Source of the DNA: Eledone cirrhosa
Lineage: Eukaryota
Direction: 5' to 3'
Length of the DNA stretch: 64,000 nucleotides
Assembly (NCBI GenBank): GCA_964016885.1
Contig: OZ024743.1
Span: forward strand, 317,130,001 to 317,194,000
The notes under the pieces are model-generated. The model ran no database searches and was not told the origin of the DNA. It worked only from the letters and a program-made list of their open reading frames with translations. A program made the translations under genes and the position numbers. This document shows positions 36,711 through 49,532 of this stretch, piece after piece. Numbering within the stretch: position 1 is the first letter of the stretch; each line of letters begins with the position of its first letter.

Positions 36711-38313
36711 GCATACACACACACAAACACACATATATACATACAGACGGACAGATATATACACACAAACGTACGCACATATACATACATACACACTCAC
36801 ATACATACATAGATACATACATACAGACAGACATGCATACACACATATATACATACAAACAGACACAAACATACATATATATATATATGTTGTCATATAT
36901 GTATATATACATATATTCATGTGTGTTATAGGGTAGAGAGTCCATTCAGTCATGAATGACCATGGGATTTGCACTTAGAAAGTTCCCCTACAAGGCACAA
37001 GTTCGGACAAGGTTGTTTGTGGAAGACCAGCAGCTGCCCATTTATAACAGTCTCTCCTCCCCAGGCCACTGATGTCCAAGGAAAAGGTAACAGCTGATAC
37101 AGCTTGGCACTATGACATCACAGCTACTATATACAGTATACATACACAATTTGTATATATTATATATTTAATGTATACACTATATATGCTGTCATCCAAA
37201 GGAAAGGTAAATGCTGATACAGCTGAGTAAAATGGAGCACATGAAATAAAGTGTCTTGGATAATAAAGGACACAATACATCACCTGGTCCAGAAATCAAA
37301 CTCAGAACCCGACATGTGTAAGCCCAATGCTCTAACCAATATATATATATGGGATGGTCTGCAACAGCAATAATACCTATGTCATGGGCCATCTTCAAAT
37401 CAAATATTTTTCCTATATTTTCTGTTTGTGTTTGCCGTAATTCCTTTATTGATTAACTAATTATGGAATCTGAATCTGATGATGTCGCCAGGATCTTATG
37501 TAACCAGGCCATAGAAATATGTATAGTGTTTTCGCAACAAACTTTAAAGGAACATCACCATTCTGGCCTCCTGTTATTTTAATCAAACTAATTATATATA
37601 CACACATATGTGGTATTTCTACAGTTTCTCTCAACCAAATTTTCCTCACAGGGGCATTGATCAAACCAAAATACATAGTAGAAAATAATACTTGCGCAAT
37701 GTGCTACACAGTGGGACTGAACCTCAAAGCATGTGGTTGTGAAGTAAACTCCTAAACCACACTGCTATGCCTGCACTTGTTATTTACTTCATGAATTATT
37801 TAGATTCTGTTTCATTGCACAGTCATTGTGCAATGGCACGTCACAATACACAATTGTTACATAGTGTATTATTATAAATTACTGTATATCATATTATATT
37901 GTTGGACACTTTTATATTTACATAATGCTAATAGATATACTCGGAAACACACAGGTATTGCATCAGAGTAACATAAGACACATGAGTAGGATTTGAGGGA
38001 AATTTGGCTGCTTTTTCTAATATATCTAGCTCCCATATAGGTCTCACTTGTTAATTCATACATACATATATATTTTTACCATTTCCTGCTACCATGCAGA
38101 GGCTATTCCATTGGCTCTTGCATACATATATAAATATATAAGACAATATGAAGAGAATTGGTTGTTATTTCTATCATGTCGAAATATGGAGAAACTCTTT
38201 TGTTAGTTCATACATACATTCTTTTACTATATGGCAAATTGTATTTTTATTACATTTATATCAGATAGAAATGCATATATATATAATCAATTAATTATTG
38301 CCTAGAATCTTGG

Positions 38314-38770
38314 GCAGATCTCAGGTATTCAGAGCCCATTCGGAGACATGTCTCCGAATGGGCTCCGAATGCCTCAGATCTGCAACGGCTCAGGCAAAAT
38401 GATTGTGCCGTGAGTAGGTGGATCTGTAGCACCAAATTGAAGGATGAGACCCCTCCACCAGAAGCTGGGTGTGGATGAGATTATTGCTGTCCTTCGTACA
38501 CAACGTTGGTACGGACATGTACAGTGAACCACATCATGCATCAACTCTATCACTCACTTGGCAATCGCTGGCACTAGAGATCGCGGAAGACCAAGGAAGA
38601 CGTGGTTGGAGTGCGTGAAGAGTGATTTGTATAAATGGAACTTGGCCGATGTTGATACTATGGACAGAAATTCCTGAAGAGCGGCTGTGAGACATTGCTT
38701 GGTGTTGCCTTCCTCGGATTCCAGGACAACCGCAATGCGCTAAAGACCAAAACTGGATATGGATGGATGG
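38314..38770 (+). mobile_element. RTE-like LINE 3' fragment with a 70-bp palindrome at its 5' break
   Basis: DLQRLRQND..RWIC, RWYGHVQ, RGRPRKTWLECV; tail (ggat)n. Confidence 0.75.
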
Positions 38771-38904
38771 AATCTTATAAATGTAATGCGCAAAAATATA
38801 CGCTCAACATGGGTGGGGAGAACCATCAATTCAACACTAAGTGCATCAATTGGTGACACACCACAAAGGTCTTTGGAACTTTTTGAGGCTAGCCAACATT
38901 CTTT

Positions 38905-39250
38905 TACTAGTTTTAGTCATTAGTCTGCAACTATGCTAGGACACTGCCTTGAAATTTTTCAGTCAATCATATCAACCTCAGTATTTATTTTTGTGAAGTC
39001 TAGTACTTATTTTACCAAACTTTATATTATTTTTGGTCGTTAAGTTATGAGACATAAACAATGGTAAATGTAAACATAAACACACACATATACAAAGGAC
39101 TTCCACACAGTTTCTGTTTACCAAATCTCTCAAGGTATTGGACAATCCAAAGCTATAGTAAAAGACACTTGACCAAGGTGTCACACAGTGGAACTAAACC
39201 CCAAACCATGTGATTGTAAAGCCAACTCCTTAACCATAGTTATTCCTGCA
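38905..39250 (-). mobile_element. Degenerate tRNA-derived SINE family 3 (related copies ~37530-37775 on - and ~62200-62650 on +)
   Basis: Shared gctatagta.aagacacttg.ccaaggtg.cacacagtgg.act.aacc core; reverse strand begins with a tggttaaggag A-box-like head. Confidence 0.6.
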
Positions 39251-39766
39251 CCTATATATATATATATATATATATATATGTAACAGTAGGGCATTATATG
39301 TGGGGTGGGGATCAAATAAACTTATGATCAACAGACCTTCCAAACATGACCATCCCATTTTACATATATCAGAGATTATGTTACATTGTTTGATATATGA
39401 TCTACAAACCTTCTTCCGTGTGAGGCTGGGAATAGTAATGATATATACGTTTTGTCAATGTTTGTTTTGATAGAACCAAATAAAACTAGTTAGACCAATA
39501 CTCAACAGAGTACTCGATACTTGGGATCGTAGAGTATGGCTATATTGAGCTGTTTCCTTTTCAACAGCTACTTCCAGACTGAGTCTGGAACTAGCAAACA
39601 TTTTATATATATATAGAGAGAGAGAAGAAAACACTAGAGAGAGTGTGTTTATTAACGCGAGTTTCTGACTCTGTTACTTCATTTGATATATTGTAAATAG
39701 TTACTTTCCCAAGTATCAAATACTTAGATAAACATGGTCTTACTAGTCTAAACTGGTAACTCCCAA

Positions 39767-39797
<31 letters not shown>

Positions 39798-39947
39798 TGT
39801 TATACTTTGGGAGAGTCATGTTGCCAATAAGAAACACACGCACCAGTTGCTTTCACTTCAATTTATTATAATAAATTTATAAATTTGGGAATTTATAAAT
39901 TTCTGGTTGGTTGGTTGGTTCCACAACCAGATAGTTGTTTATATATT

Positions 39948-39990
39948 GTCAAAGTTCTTTCGTCACACATTCTGTGACCTCTTCAGTGAC
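39948..39990 (-). ncRNA. Hammerhead-like motif (mirror of 41271-41313)
   Basis: Reverse complement of 41271-41313. Confidence 0.55.
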
Positions 39991-40419
39991 TGGGGATTCT
40001 TTTCTTTGTTTTTGTGCCTCTCCTTTGTTCTGTCCTATGCCATTTTGTTTCTGTGTGTGTGTTGTGTGCTCAGTCTGCGCATGCGCCACATCTGGGTGTC
40101 TGTAAAACTAGAAATGTAGTATATAACATAATATGTACTGAAGGACAATGTAGAGACAAAAATATAGTGTACGTAGGTGAGACAGCTCGTAGTGTAGGGG
40201 AACGGATAAATGAACACTGGCGAGACCTTCAAGATAGTAAAGAATCATCTGTACTCTACCAACATGCTAAAATAGAACATAAGGGTAAATTAGAGAACAT
40301 AGAAATAAAAATAGAATCTACACACAGAAAAGACGCAATGTTTAGACAAATCACAGAGGCAATAAACATAAAAGAATTACAACCAAAATTAAATAGAAAA
40401 TATGAGTGGAACAGCAACA

Positions 40420-41052
40420 TCATCATCATCATCATCATCACCGTTTTACGTCCGTTCTTCCACGCTAGCATGGGTTAGACGGGTTGTCCTGTTGTGGGCA
40501 GTGTCTGGTCGGCTGACCATGCCTTGCTCATACAGGAACTGATCTGGCTTCATTTCTACAGCTGGATGCCCTTCCTAACACCAACCTCATTTACAGTGAG
40601 TGCTGGGTGCTTTTTCGTGGCGCCTACACGTCCACTTTACAGTGTGGGCTGGGTGCTTTTTTGCCGTGGCACCTCCACGACCACCCTGCGGTGGGGGGGG
40701 GGGGGCATATTGTTTATATGCTTCAGCATGTACCCATGGGAGGTCGGGTACCCTGTATTACTGCGTGACGCCAGAAGTCACGGTCGTGTGTCATTGACTT
40801 TGAGAGGTGTAGTTGGGTAAGGTCGGCTTTTATCACCTCATCCCAAGTCATCTTGGGTCTCCCCACTCCGCGGTTTCCATCAACTTCTAGTGCTCTGCAC
40901 CTTTTTATGCAGCTGTCATCCTTCATACGCATCACATGTCCATACCAGCGTAACCGCCTCTCCTGCACGCAGCATTTGATTCCTCTTATGCTCAGTCTCT
41001 CTCTCAATTCCTTTATGCTTTGTCGTTCACGTATATTACTGTTACACATCCA
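40420..41052 (-). mobile_element. RTE LINE 3' fragment (subfamily B)
   Basis: MCNSNIRERQS..RRLRWYGHVMRM..GRPKMTW plus 3' UTR and (CAT)n tail. Confidence 0.9.
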
Positions 41053-41270
41053 TCACAACTTACAATTAAGGACAAAATGAAAACACACACGCACATAGAA
41101 CAAACAACCAACCGGTAACATGTAAATAAACAAATAAATAAATGAATATAAACACACACAGACACCCGGATGTGGCGCATGCGCAGACTGAGCACACAAC
41201 ACACACACAGAAACAAAATGGCGTAGGACAGAACAAAGGAGAGGCACTAAAACAAAGAAAAGAATCCCCA

Positions 41271-41313
41271 GTCACTGAAGAGGTCACAGAATGTGTGACG
41301 AAAGAACTTTGAC
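41271..41313 (+). ncRNA. Hammerhead-like motif, variant core
   Basis: gtca-CTGAAGA-g[gtcaca gaatg tgtgac]-GAAA-gaac-TT-tgac; extra G before stem II and an imperfect stem III. Confidence 0.55.
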
Positions 41314-41521
41314 AATATATAAACAACTATCTGGTTGTGGAACCAACCAACCAACCAGAAATTTATAAATTCCCAAATTTATAAATTTATTATAATAAAT
41401 TGAAGTGAAAGCAACTGGTGCGTGTGTTTCTTATTGGCAACATGACCCTCCCAAAGTATAACAATATCGGTTTCAACACACGTTTTCAGATAAAGAATCT
41501 TGCTAAACAAATTCAGAAACG

Positions 41522-41566
<45 letters not shown>

Positions 41567-41891
41567 CACACACATTAAAAAACACCTTGGTTGTATTATC
41601 ATTACTAGCAGAATTCACTATGAGAATTCACTCTATTGATCAACTGAATCTCTGACTCAGGGAAATTAATGCGTAAGTGGTTGAGTATTCCATGGATACA
41701 TTTACTCTTAATGTAATAATCAGGCAGAGTCAGCATAACACAGTGCGTGTCAAAGCTGAATCTTTGAATTACAGGTACAGGCCATCAAATGGGCTTTGGA
41801 TGAACTGCTCCTATCTGCCATTTGCATCAATGATGTAAACAAACAGCCTATGGTACTACCAACTATATGTAGCCCACTGAAATGTCTAGAT

Positions 41892-44492
41892 CGGTGGTCA
41901 TATAGAAATTTTAGGGTGGCATATGAAATTGTGGGTGGTCATATGATATTAATAGAACAGTATTCTTAATTTAGGAAGAGAGTTTGCTGATCTGTGTGAA
42001 AAATGTGATTTTGAGACATGTGATTTTTGCTTGCACGCATGTGAGTGCTAAGAAACTTGCTGACGTATGAGAGTATGCACACTTTCTGTCTGCATATCCA
42101 GCCACAATGCGTGACCTTGACTGTAACGTTGGGAAAATTTCCGGCTAATATGTAACGTCAACCTGTTGCTGCAGCGCATAAATATTTACTGGCCAGCTTA
42201 GACGACTGCTATTGTGTCATTATTAACGCATCACATTTCACACATATAACAATCGCCCATAACAGTCGAGAGATTTAACATCTGATTGCTGACAAATATC
42301 TTACTTATGGCATCAAATAAGAAGAAAGTACGCCAATATAGCGACGATTATTTGAAATTCGGTTTCATTGAGGCACCTCATGATTCTCGATTGCCTATGT
42401 GTCTTCTCTGTCATCAAACACTGAGCAATGACTCCATGAGGCCTGGGCAACTCTTACAACACTTCAATGTGAAGCATGGAGACAAGTCATCAAAGCCGCT
42501 TTCGTACTTCCAAGATCTTCAAAAGAAAGTTTGCTGCCAGTCTACATGTTCAATGTTTTTCTAAAGTAGCCGAAAAACAGGATAAATCATTAATAGCGAG
42601 CTACGAACTTTCAAAATTGATTGCCAAGTGTGGAAAACCCCATACGATAGGTGAGCCAGCCATTTCTGTGATTTTACAAACTGTTATGAATCACATAGAG
42701 GACTCAGTGTTCCAGCTTATGCCACTCAACAATGACATAGTACGGTGACGAATTAATGAGATGTCCATTGATGTGGAACAGCAGCTTCACAGATATATTC
42801 GAGAAATACCTTTTTCACTTCAGCTCGATGAGTCAACCTTTTGTGGAAGCCGGTCTGTACTTCTGGCATATGTCAAATTCCAAGATGATGATGCTTTTCG
42901 AGAGGAAATGCTTTTTTGTCGTGCTTTTGAAACTACAATGACAGCTTCCAATATATACCACCTTGTGATGTCGTACTTATCAGAAAACAAGATTCCTATT
43001 ACATCTGTTACAGCAGACGGCGCACCCACAATGATGGGCAGACACAATGGATTCCTTAAGCGACTTAAAGATGATAACCCATCGATTTTGACAGTACACT
43101 GCATCCTTCATCGGGAAAACTTGGCTTCCAGATGTCTTTCACCAGAATTACAGGAAGTAGTGCATGCTGTTGTGTTGTGCGTAAAGTTAATCAAGGCGAA
43201 TCCCAAGACTGATCGTCTTTTTCAGAAATACTGCAAGGACATCAACAAACAACATGTCAGTCTTATCCTACATACTGACATCAGATGGTTGTCAAAGGGA
43301 AATTGTTTTGCCCGCTTTTTCGTATTATTCGATGAAGTTATGAAATTTTGACTGAGAGTTCCCACACAAACATCCCTCAAAGAGCTGACGGAAAATTATT
43401 GGTCACTTATTTGGCTGACATTTTCCAAAAACTCAATTTATTGAACAAGGAATTGCAGGAGGACAAGGTGACTATGATCATGGCAAAAACCAAATATTAG
43501 CCTTTATCGATAAGGTAAATCTCTTTTATTTGAATCTTTCTGTCGGTCGCTACAAAAACTTCCCACATCTATCTACCTGCAGACCAGTTCAATCAGAGGT
43601 ATCAAGGATCTTATGCGCTCATTTGCTTGCTCTAGATTTCATGACCTCCATCAAGTGTCTTTCTCCAAATGGCTTTCGCAACTGCTTCTCACACATCTTT
43701 CTGATGTTGATCCATGCCTACAGGATAAACTAGCTGAGTTAAAAAATGATGATTTTTCTAAAAAATCTTTACAAGCACAAAGCAACCATGATGTGGCTTG
43801 ATATTCATTTGAGCACCCAGTATCCTATTTTGTGCACAACAGCTGTAGAGTTCTTTCTTCCCTTTCCAACTAGATACTGGTTGAGAGTGGTTTCAACGTA
43901 GCCAATGATTTCTTAACGTAAAAGAGAAACCCCCTTGAAATTGAAAATCGTGGAGATTTGCGTATGCGGTTATCAAAATTAAATTCAGATATAGCCAAGC
44001 TTGCATCCAGGCATCAAAGTCAACCATCACGTTAAGTTTGATGACCACTGAACTCGTTCGTCACTTTAATTTTACAGTTCAATTGATACGTTTTGATGTT
44101 CCCTTCAACTATATAAAAGCCAGTGCTTATTCTGTACAAGTGCCTTTGTCTGTATTACATACTTTACTACTCCATACCAGTCTTTTCTTATAGCCAGTTA
44201 CTTAGGAAAGTGCGTATAAGTCTTTAAAAGTTAAAAAAAACAGCATTTTGATCCCAATTACAATCTATTTACCATAATTGCACAGTGTTTAACTGATTTT
44301 CTGTACATTTACCAAAAAATAACCAAATAAATCTTTTTGTATTCATTTTTAACATCCGTTGTCGTGGTGTCTTTTTTTAAATATGTTTGTCTACTTATAT
44401 AAATATCAGTAATATAACGTGGGAGGGGAGGGGGCATTTGAAAAATCAGGACGTCTTGGGGAACATAGAGCAAAAAAGGTTGAGAACCTAGA
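41892..44492 (+). mobile_element. hAT DNA transposon (Charlie/Buster type), degraded transposase ~42307-44035
   Basis: RQYSDDYLKFGF..C..C..LSNDSMRP..HF..H (BED finger), KPHTIGE, FSLQLDEST, TADGAPTM, HCILHRENL, RWLSKG; right end aaaaaggttgagaacc; flanks gtctagat / ctctagac fit an nTCTAGAn 8-bp target. Confidence 0.9.
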
Positions 44493-45835
44493 CTCTAGAC
44501 CATATGGCCATAAAGATTCACAGTTTATCCCTGCCATGTGATTTAGTGGTTAGAGAATTGGATTCACAATCATGAGGTTGTGAGATCGATTCCCAGACCG
44601 GGCGATGCATTATGTCCTTGAGCAAGACACTTTATTTCATGTTGCGCTTTCTGCCAGGAGATCAACCAGTAGATAATATCAGCAATGGAAAGAAGAATAA
44701 AAACATAATTTCCTTGGTCCAATTTGACGAGTTCCCACTCGGTAAGCAAATGAGGTCTGGGATCTTGTCAATCATTTCCTATTCCTATATGAGCGAGACA
44801 CGGTTGCCCGACCCAACTTGCCTCTAAATGGGACAAACCCATCTAATCCATGCTTAGCGCGGAATATAGACATTAATCAACGATGATGATGATGATGATA
44901 TATCAACCCTTACTTTTGAAAAGATTTTCTCAGGTTTAAAAAGTCAACTTATACACTGTGTAGAGAGACAAGAGGAAGTGAAGTTGGTGGTAATTAAAAT
45001 TCTCCAAATTGTTAGCCTCACATGAATTCATAAATCAAAAGCTTATAATATTTAAAAGTGACTCAATGTCTATCTGGTTATAATTCTATGCACTATTAAT
45101 CTCATTTTTATAGAGTAAGACAAGATTTATCATATCTATGCTGTATGTTGGTTAGTTTAATATCTGATTGTCATCAGCTGTCTTATTGTTGGTTATATAA
45201 CTCAAACTAGTTTTGAACAAGGAAAAATAGCATGGTGGATAAAGGTATTAGAAGACTTAGTCTAAAAATATACTAGTTTCCTAGTTTGAATTGAATTTAA
45301 GACCAAGTACATATCGAGGCAAATTAGCAGAGCCATTAGAACATCAGGTAGAATGCTTTGTGATATTTGTTTCGGCTCTCTGTTCTTTGAATTCAAATCT
45401 CGCAAGGGCAACTTTGCCTTTCATCCATTCAAGGTCAATAAAAAAGTACCAGTCAAGTATTGGGTCAATTCTTCCTCTGTATATCTTTCTCACTTCCATT
45501 TTCTCACTCTTCATCCTTCCCTGGAAAAATTTGTTGTACTCAGACCAGGAAAGGGATGGGCTCCAACAGGGTTTAAAGAGAATGCCCTAAAAATGCTGTA
45601 TGTCACTATGGTGGCGCTACAATTCTATCAGTAGCTACAGGACCATGTATTCATACATGCACATATCCTGCAATAACACCCCTGATTGATTCCCGAGGAC
45701 AAATCAACAAAAATATAATCATCATTGTCATCATCATCATTTTTTTCCCATTTTTCCATACTTGCATGAGTTGTGCATTTGTTACATGGCTTCTCCATGA
45801 AACATTGAGTGCCATTCTAAGCATTCTGGTGTAGC

Positions 45836-46288
45836 AACCAAGCTAATACCTTCCATCAGGCATCTACCATACTCTGAACGCCTTGCTTTCCTGGGCATGG
45901 ATACATTGAAGCAACTGGCAACTGACTTGGTAAACACCCACAAAATTATTAACCATCCTGCCAACAACAAGCCTGTGCACCTTTTTGATTTCCATGTGTC
46001 TAACACACGTGGGCATGCCTACAAAGTCAGAAAACAGCACAGCTCCCATGACATTCGGAAATATTTTGCTGAAGCACGGAACAAACTATCTGCATCAGTT
46101 GTTAGCTGTTGAGACACTGCATCCTTTAAAACCTCCATGCTTCCTGAAATTCGCCAACACTATACCTGATATCCCTCCTCCATACACACTCACACGTGTA
46201 TATCATGACTCATACACTGTTCATTTTCCTGACATATGTAAATTATTCTATGTACTATACATACACCTTTGATAAGTTGTAGTGCACC
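45836..46288 (+). mobile_element. CR1-like LINE 3' fragment, same family as 34970-36710
   Basis: IPSIRHLPYSERLA..NTRGHAYKVRKQHSSHD and the shared 3' UTR. Confidence 0.9.
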
Positions 46289-46419
46289 GTCTGAGTTCAA
46301 ATCCCGCCGAGGTTAACTTTGCCTTTCATCCTTACAGGGTCAATAAAATAAAGTAGCAGTAATGCACTAGGATAATTGCTGGCCTTGTGCCAAAAGTAGA
46401 AACATTATTATTATTATTA
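46289..46419 (+). mobile_element. SINE family 1, 5'-truncated
   Basis: gagttcaaatcccgccgagg...gtagaaac(att)n. Confidence 0.88.
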
Positions 46420-47395
46420 TAAGCATGCCGCGTCCTTGTCAGCAGGGTTCTCCAAAACACAATAGAACCCTTTGTGTTCAGGGAACGTGAGGTCGCCTGT
46501 AAGACGTGGGATAGGCTGGGACTTAGCCCAGTAGACGTCCCTCCTCCTTCTCCCCCTGCTGACGTCAAGTCCCTCCAAAGGGTATGGGATGCCATCCAGT
46601 GCAGCCTGGCCTCAGACAGGCTCACGTTCCAGCTCGACCAGCACCACCTTGTCTGTTTTCGCGCGGTCTCCAAACCCCACAGTGGTTGCCTCTGTCCATG
46701 CCTTGCCCTCCTTCTCCACTGGCATGCAGCTGGATAACAATAGCCTGCACAGCGGCGTTTCCTTGAGGCTTGGACTCCGAATCTGCGAGCCACATAAATG
46801 TCGCTGTGGATCCACCATGGACTCTTTCGGACTACACCTGCTTTCCTGTCGCCACAGTGCCGGTCACCTTCCATGCCATGCTGCCCTCAATGAGGTCATT
46901 AAGCATGGCTTGGACGTTGCAGGCTTCCCCTCTCAGCTGGAGCCGGTGGGGCTGGACCAGACGGTATGGATGGCAAAAGGCCAGATGGTATGACCATCTT
47001 CCTGTTTCGCGGTGGCAAACCTCTCGTCTGGGATGCCACTTGCAGTGGCACTTTCTCCAGCTGCAACCTGGTGCAGTCTGCAACTAACCCAGGTACAGCT
47101 GCACGTCTGGCAGAGGAGGCCAAACTCTCCAAGTCGTGCCCTTGGCAGTGGAGACTTCTGGTGTCCTTGGCCCTAGAGCTACCTCCCTATTCACCTCCAT
47201 AGGCGCTGAGCTGGCCAGCCGTAGGTGTGAGCCTCGTGAGTTGGAATGGCTCTTCCAGCGCATCTCCCTTACCATCTTCCGGGGAAACGCCTTCTCCATC
47301 CTGTCCGTCGGGGCTGTGGGGAGGCCAGCACGTGGGACCCCATTTGCTCACCATATTGATTAATAAGCAAAGTTATAAACTATTGTAAATAAATA
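46420..47395 (+). mobile_element. CRE-like non-LTR retrotransposon 3' part (restriction-like endonuclease), frameshifted
   Basis: C.CG..D..GLHLLSC..H..LNEVI, DGKRPDG..PLVWDATC, AEEAK, PLAVET.G.LG, LFQRISL.IFRGNA: CCHC knuckle plus PD..D RLE motif. Confidence 0.85.
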
Positions 47396-47421
47396 ATTAT
47401 TGTGGCTTGTTTTTATATCTA

Positions 47422-47713
47422 CATATGTTGGTGCCACAACATCCAGGCCGAAACAAATGAGATCGTGTAGGTGTCACGACAAAAAAACACACAGTCCACG
47501 CTGTAATGTGGCCATGTAGGTAACACGGTAAAAACCTCCCAGCCCCACACTGTAAATGTGGTTGGTGTTAGGAAGGGCATCCAGCTGTAGAAAACCTGCC
47601 AGACAGTCCTATGCGAGCAAGACAACCACTCTTGCCTCAAGTGGGAAAACCCCCGTCCAAACCCATGCAAGCGTGGAACACGGACGTTAAACGTTGATGA
47701 TGATGATGATGAT
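47422..47713 (+). mobile_element. RTE subfamily A, 3' UTR only
   Basis: Matches 21940-22218 and ends in (TGA)n. Confidence 0.85.
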
Positions 47714-47874
47714 GAGAGGTAGTAATGCTCTGACATAACATGATTTATATGTGGCTGAGGTTGTATATTGAATCATATATGAAATATTCATGTAAATAAA
47801 CTTTTTAATAGCCTTGCTATGAATTTTAGAAGTGGTGGATTTCACCAGTAGTCATTAGCAACCAAGGGAGGACA

Positions 47875-47915
47875 CCCTAACAGCTGTTTCTGGTTCATTA
47901 ACCATCTTCAGAGGG
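47875..47915 (-). ncRNA. Minimal type I hammerhead ribozyme motif
   Basis: Reverse strand ccct-CTGAAGA-tggtt aatg aacca-GAAA-cagctg-TT-aggg: perfect 5-bp stem II, palindromic stem III ACAGCTGT. Confidence 0.8.
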
Positions 47916-48210
47916 GCTAACTTCGCTAGGATGCTAAGACGGAAATAAGCTAAAAGCTTTCTTTATTATTTTTATGTAAAAAAATATCTATAAGGTTATA
48001 CATCAAAATATAAATAAAATCATTTATGCTTATCAACATATTAGTGCTGATGACATAATGAAATAAACTCAGTAGAGCGTGAGAATGTATGCATGTGAGA
48101 TGTAGCTTTGCTACCTGTCTGAGAAATTGGTGGCTCTGCTTGAGTATTCACTTGGTCTTTAACAACCTGTCCAATCATTGTTGGCAGGGAAAACAGATGT
48201 TAAATGATGA

Positions 48211-48287
<77 letters not shown>

Positions 48288-48293
48288 CATATG

Positions 48294-49532
48294 TATCATC
48301 ATCATCATCATCATCAACGTTTAACGTCCGTGTTCCATGCTTGCATGGGTTTGGACGGGGGTAGTCCCACTTGAGGCAAGAGTGATTGTCTTGCTCGCAT
48401 AGGACTGTCTGGCAGGTTTTCTACAGTTGGATGCCCTTCCTAACACCAACCACGTTTACAGTGTGGGTCTGGGAGGTTTTTACCGTGTTGCCTACACGGC
48501 CACATTACAGCGTGGACTGTGTGTTTTTTTGTCGTGACACCTACACGATCTCATTTGTTTCGGCCTGGATGGCGCGGCACCAACATAACTTTACATAGAA
48601 CGGGGTGGTGTGGATGGGGTGGGGGTGGTGGTGGGACGGGGTGTATTTTGTTAGAGATGCCTACTGGCAAGGCGGGTCTTCTCTATTACTGAGTACCGCC
48701 AAAGGTCTCGGTCCAGTGACATTGTCTTGGTGAGGTGTAAGTGTGTGAGGTCGGAGTTTATCAGCTCGTCCCAGGTTTTTCTAGGTCTGCCTATTCCGTG
48801 GCTACCGTCTATCTTTATTGCCCTGCACTTTGTTATACAGCTATCATCCTTCATGCGCATCACGTGACCATACCAACGTAGCCTTCTCTCTAGTAAACAA
48901 CATCTGATCCCTCTTATTTCTAATTTTTTCCTTAGTTCGTTTATGCTTTGCCGTTCACGTATATTACTATTACACATCCAGCGGAGCATGCAAGCTTCGT
49001 TTCTCTCTAGTCTGCGTATATCCTCTGCACACAATGCCCAGGTCTCACTGCCATGCAACATTGCTGTTCGTATGCAGGCATCGTACAGCCTGCCTTTCAT
49101 TTTTAGGGAGAACCCTTTAGCGGCTAATAGTGGTATAAGCTCTCTGAACTTTTTCCACCCAGTTCTGACTCTAGCTACTGTACTTTCAGAGCACCCTCCC
49201 CCACTGCTGATTTTGTCACCCAGGTAACGGAAGCTGTCCACTATTTCTATAGAACCCTCTTCGCAGTTGAAAGAGCTAGTATTTTGTGGGCACTTGCTGC
49301 TACTTATATTCCCAGAACACCGGCCACATGTAAAATCTATGTTCTTAGTTAGCTTACCTGTGATCCCACTACATCTTTTATGCACCCAAACTTTGCATTT
49401 GGGACACAAAATGGAATTTCTACCTACGCCTTTCCTACACTCTGCGCATGGCCACTTCCCCGAGGGGACCGCCGCCTTATTTTCTTTCTTACAAACTAGA
49501 ACTTTAGTCTTAGCTAGGTTAATTTTAAGGCC
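48294..49532 (-). mobile_element. RTE LINE, 5'-truncated (subfamily A)
   Basis: ORF 48651-49409 is nearly the same as the C-terminal part of 20913-21836; 3' UTR and (CAT)n tail. Confidence 0.93.

Larger units (their letters stand above)
39794..41467 (+). mobile_element. Penelope-like element 3' end: GIY-YIG domain between inverted pLTRs, interrupted by an RTE
   Basis: 39794-40103 is the reverse complement of 41158-41467. From 40101: CKTRNVVYNIIC..C..VYVGETARSVGERINEH..RQITEAINI..PKLNRKYEW. Confidence 0.9.

Noticed and set aside
42286-44035. Domesticated ZBED5/SCAND3-like gene
   Set aside because: Multiple stops and frameshifts, with TIR/TSD remnants still present.
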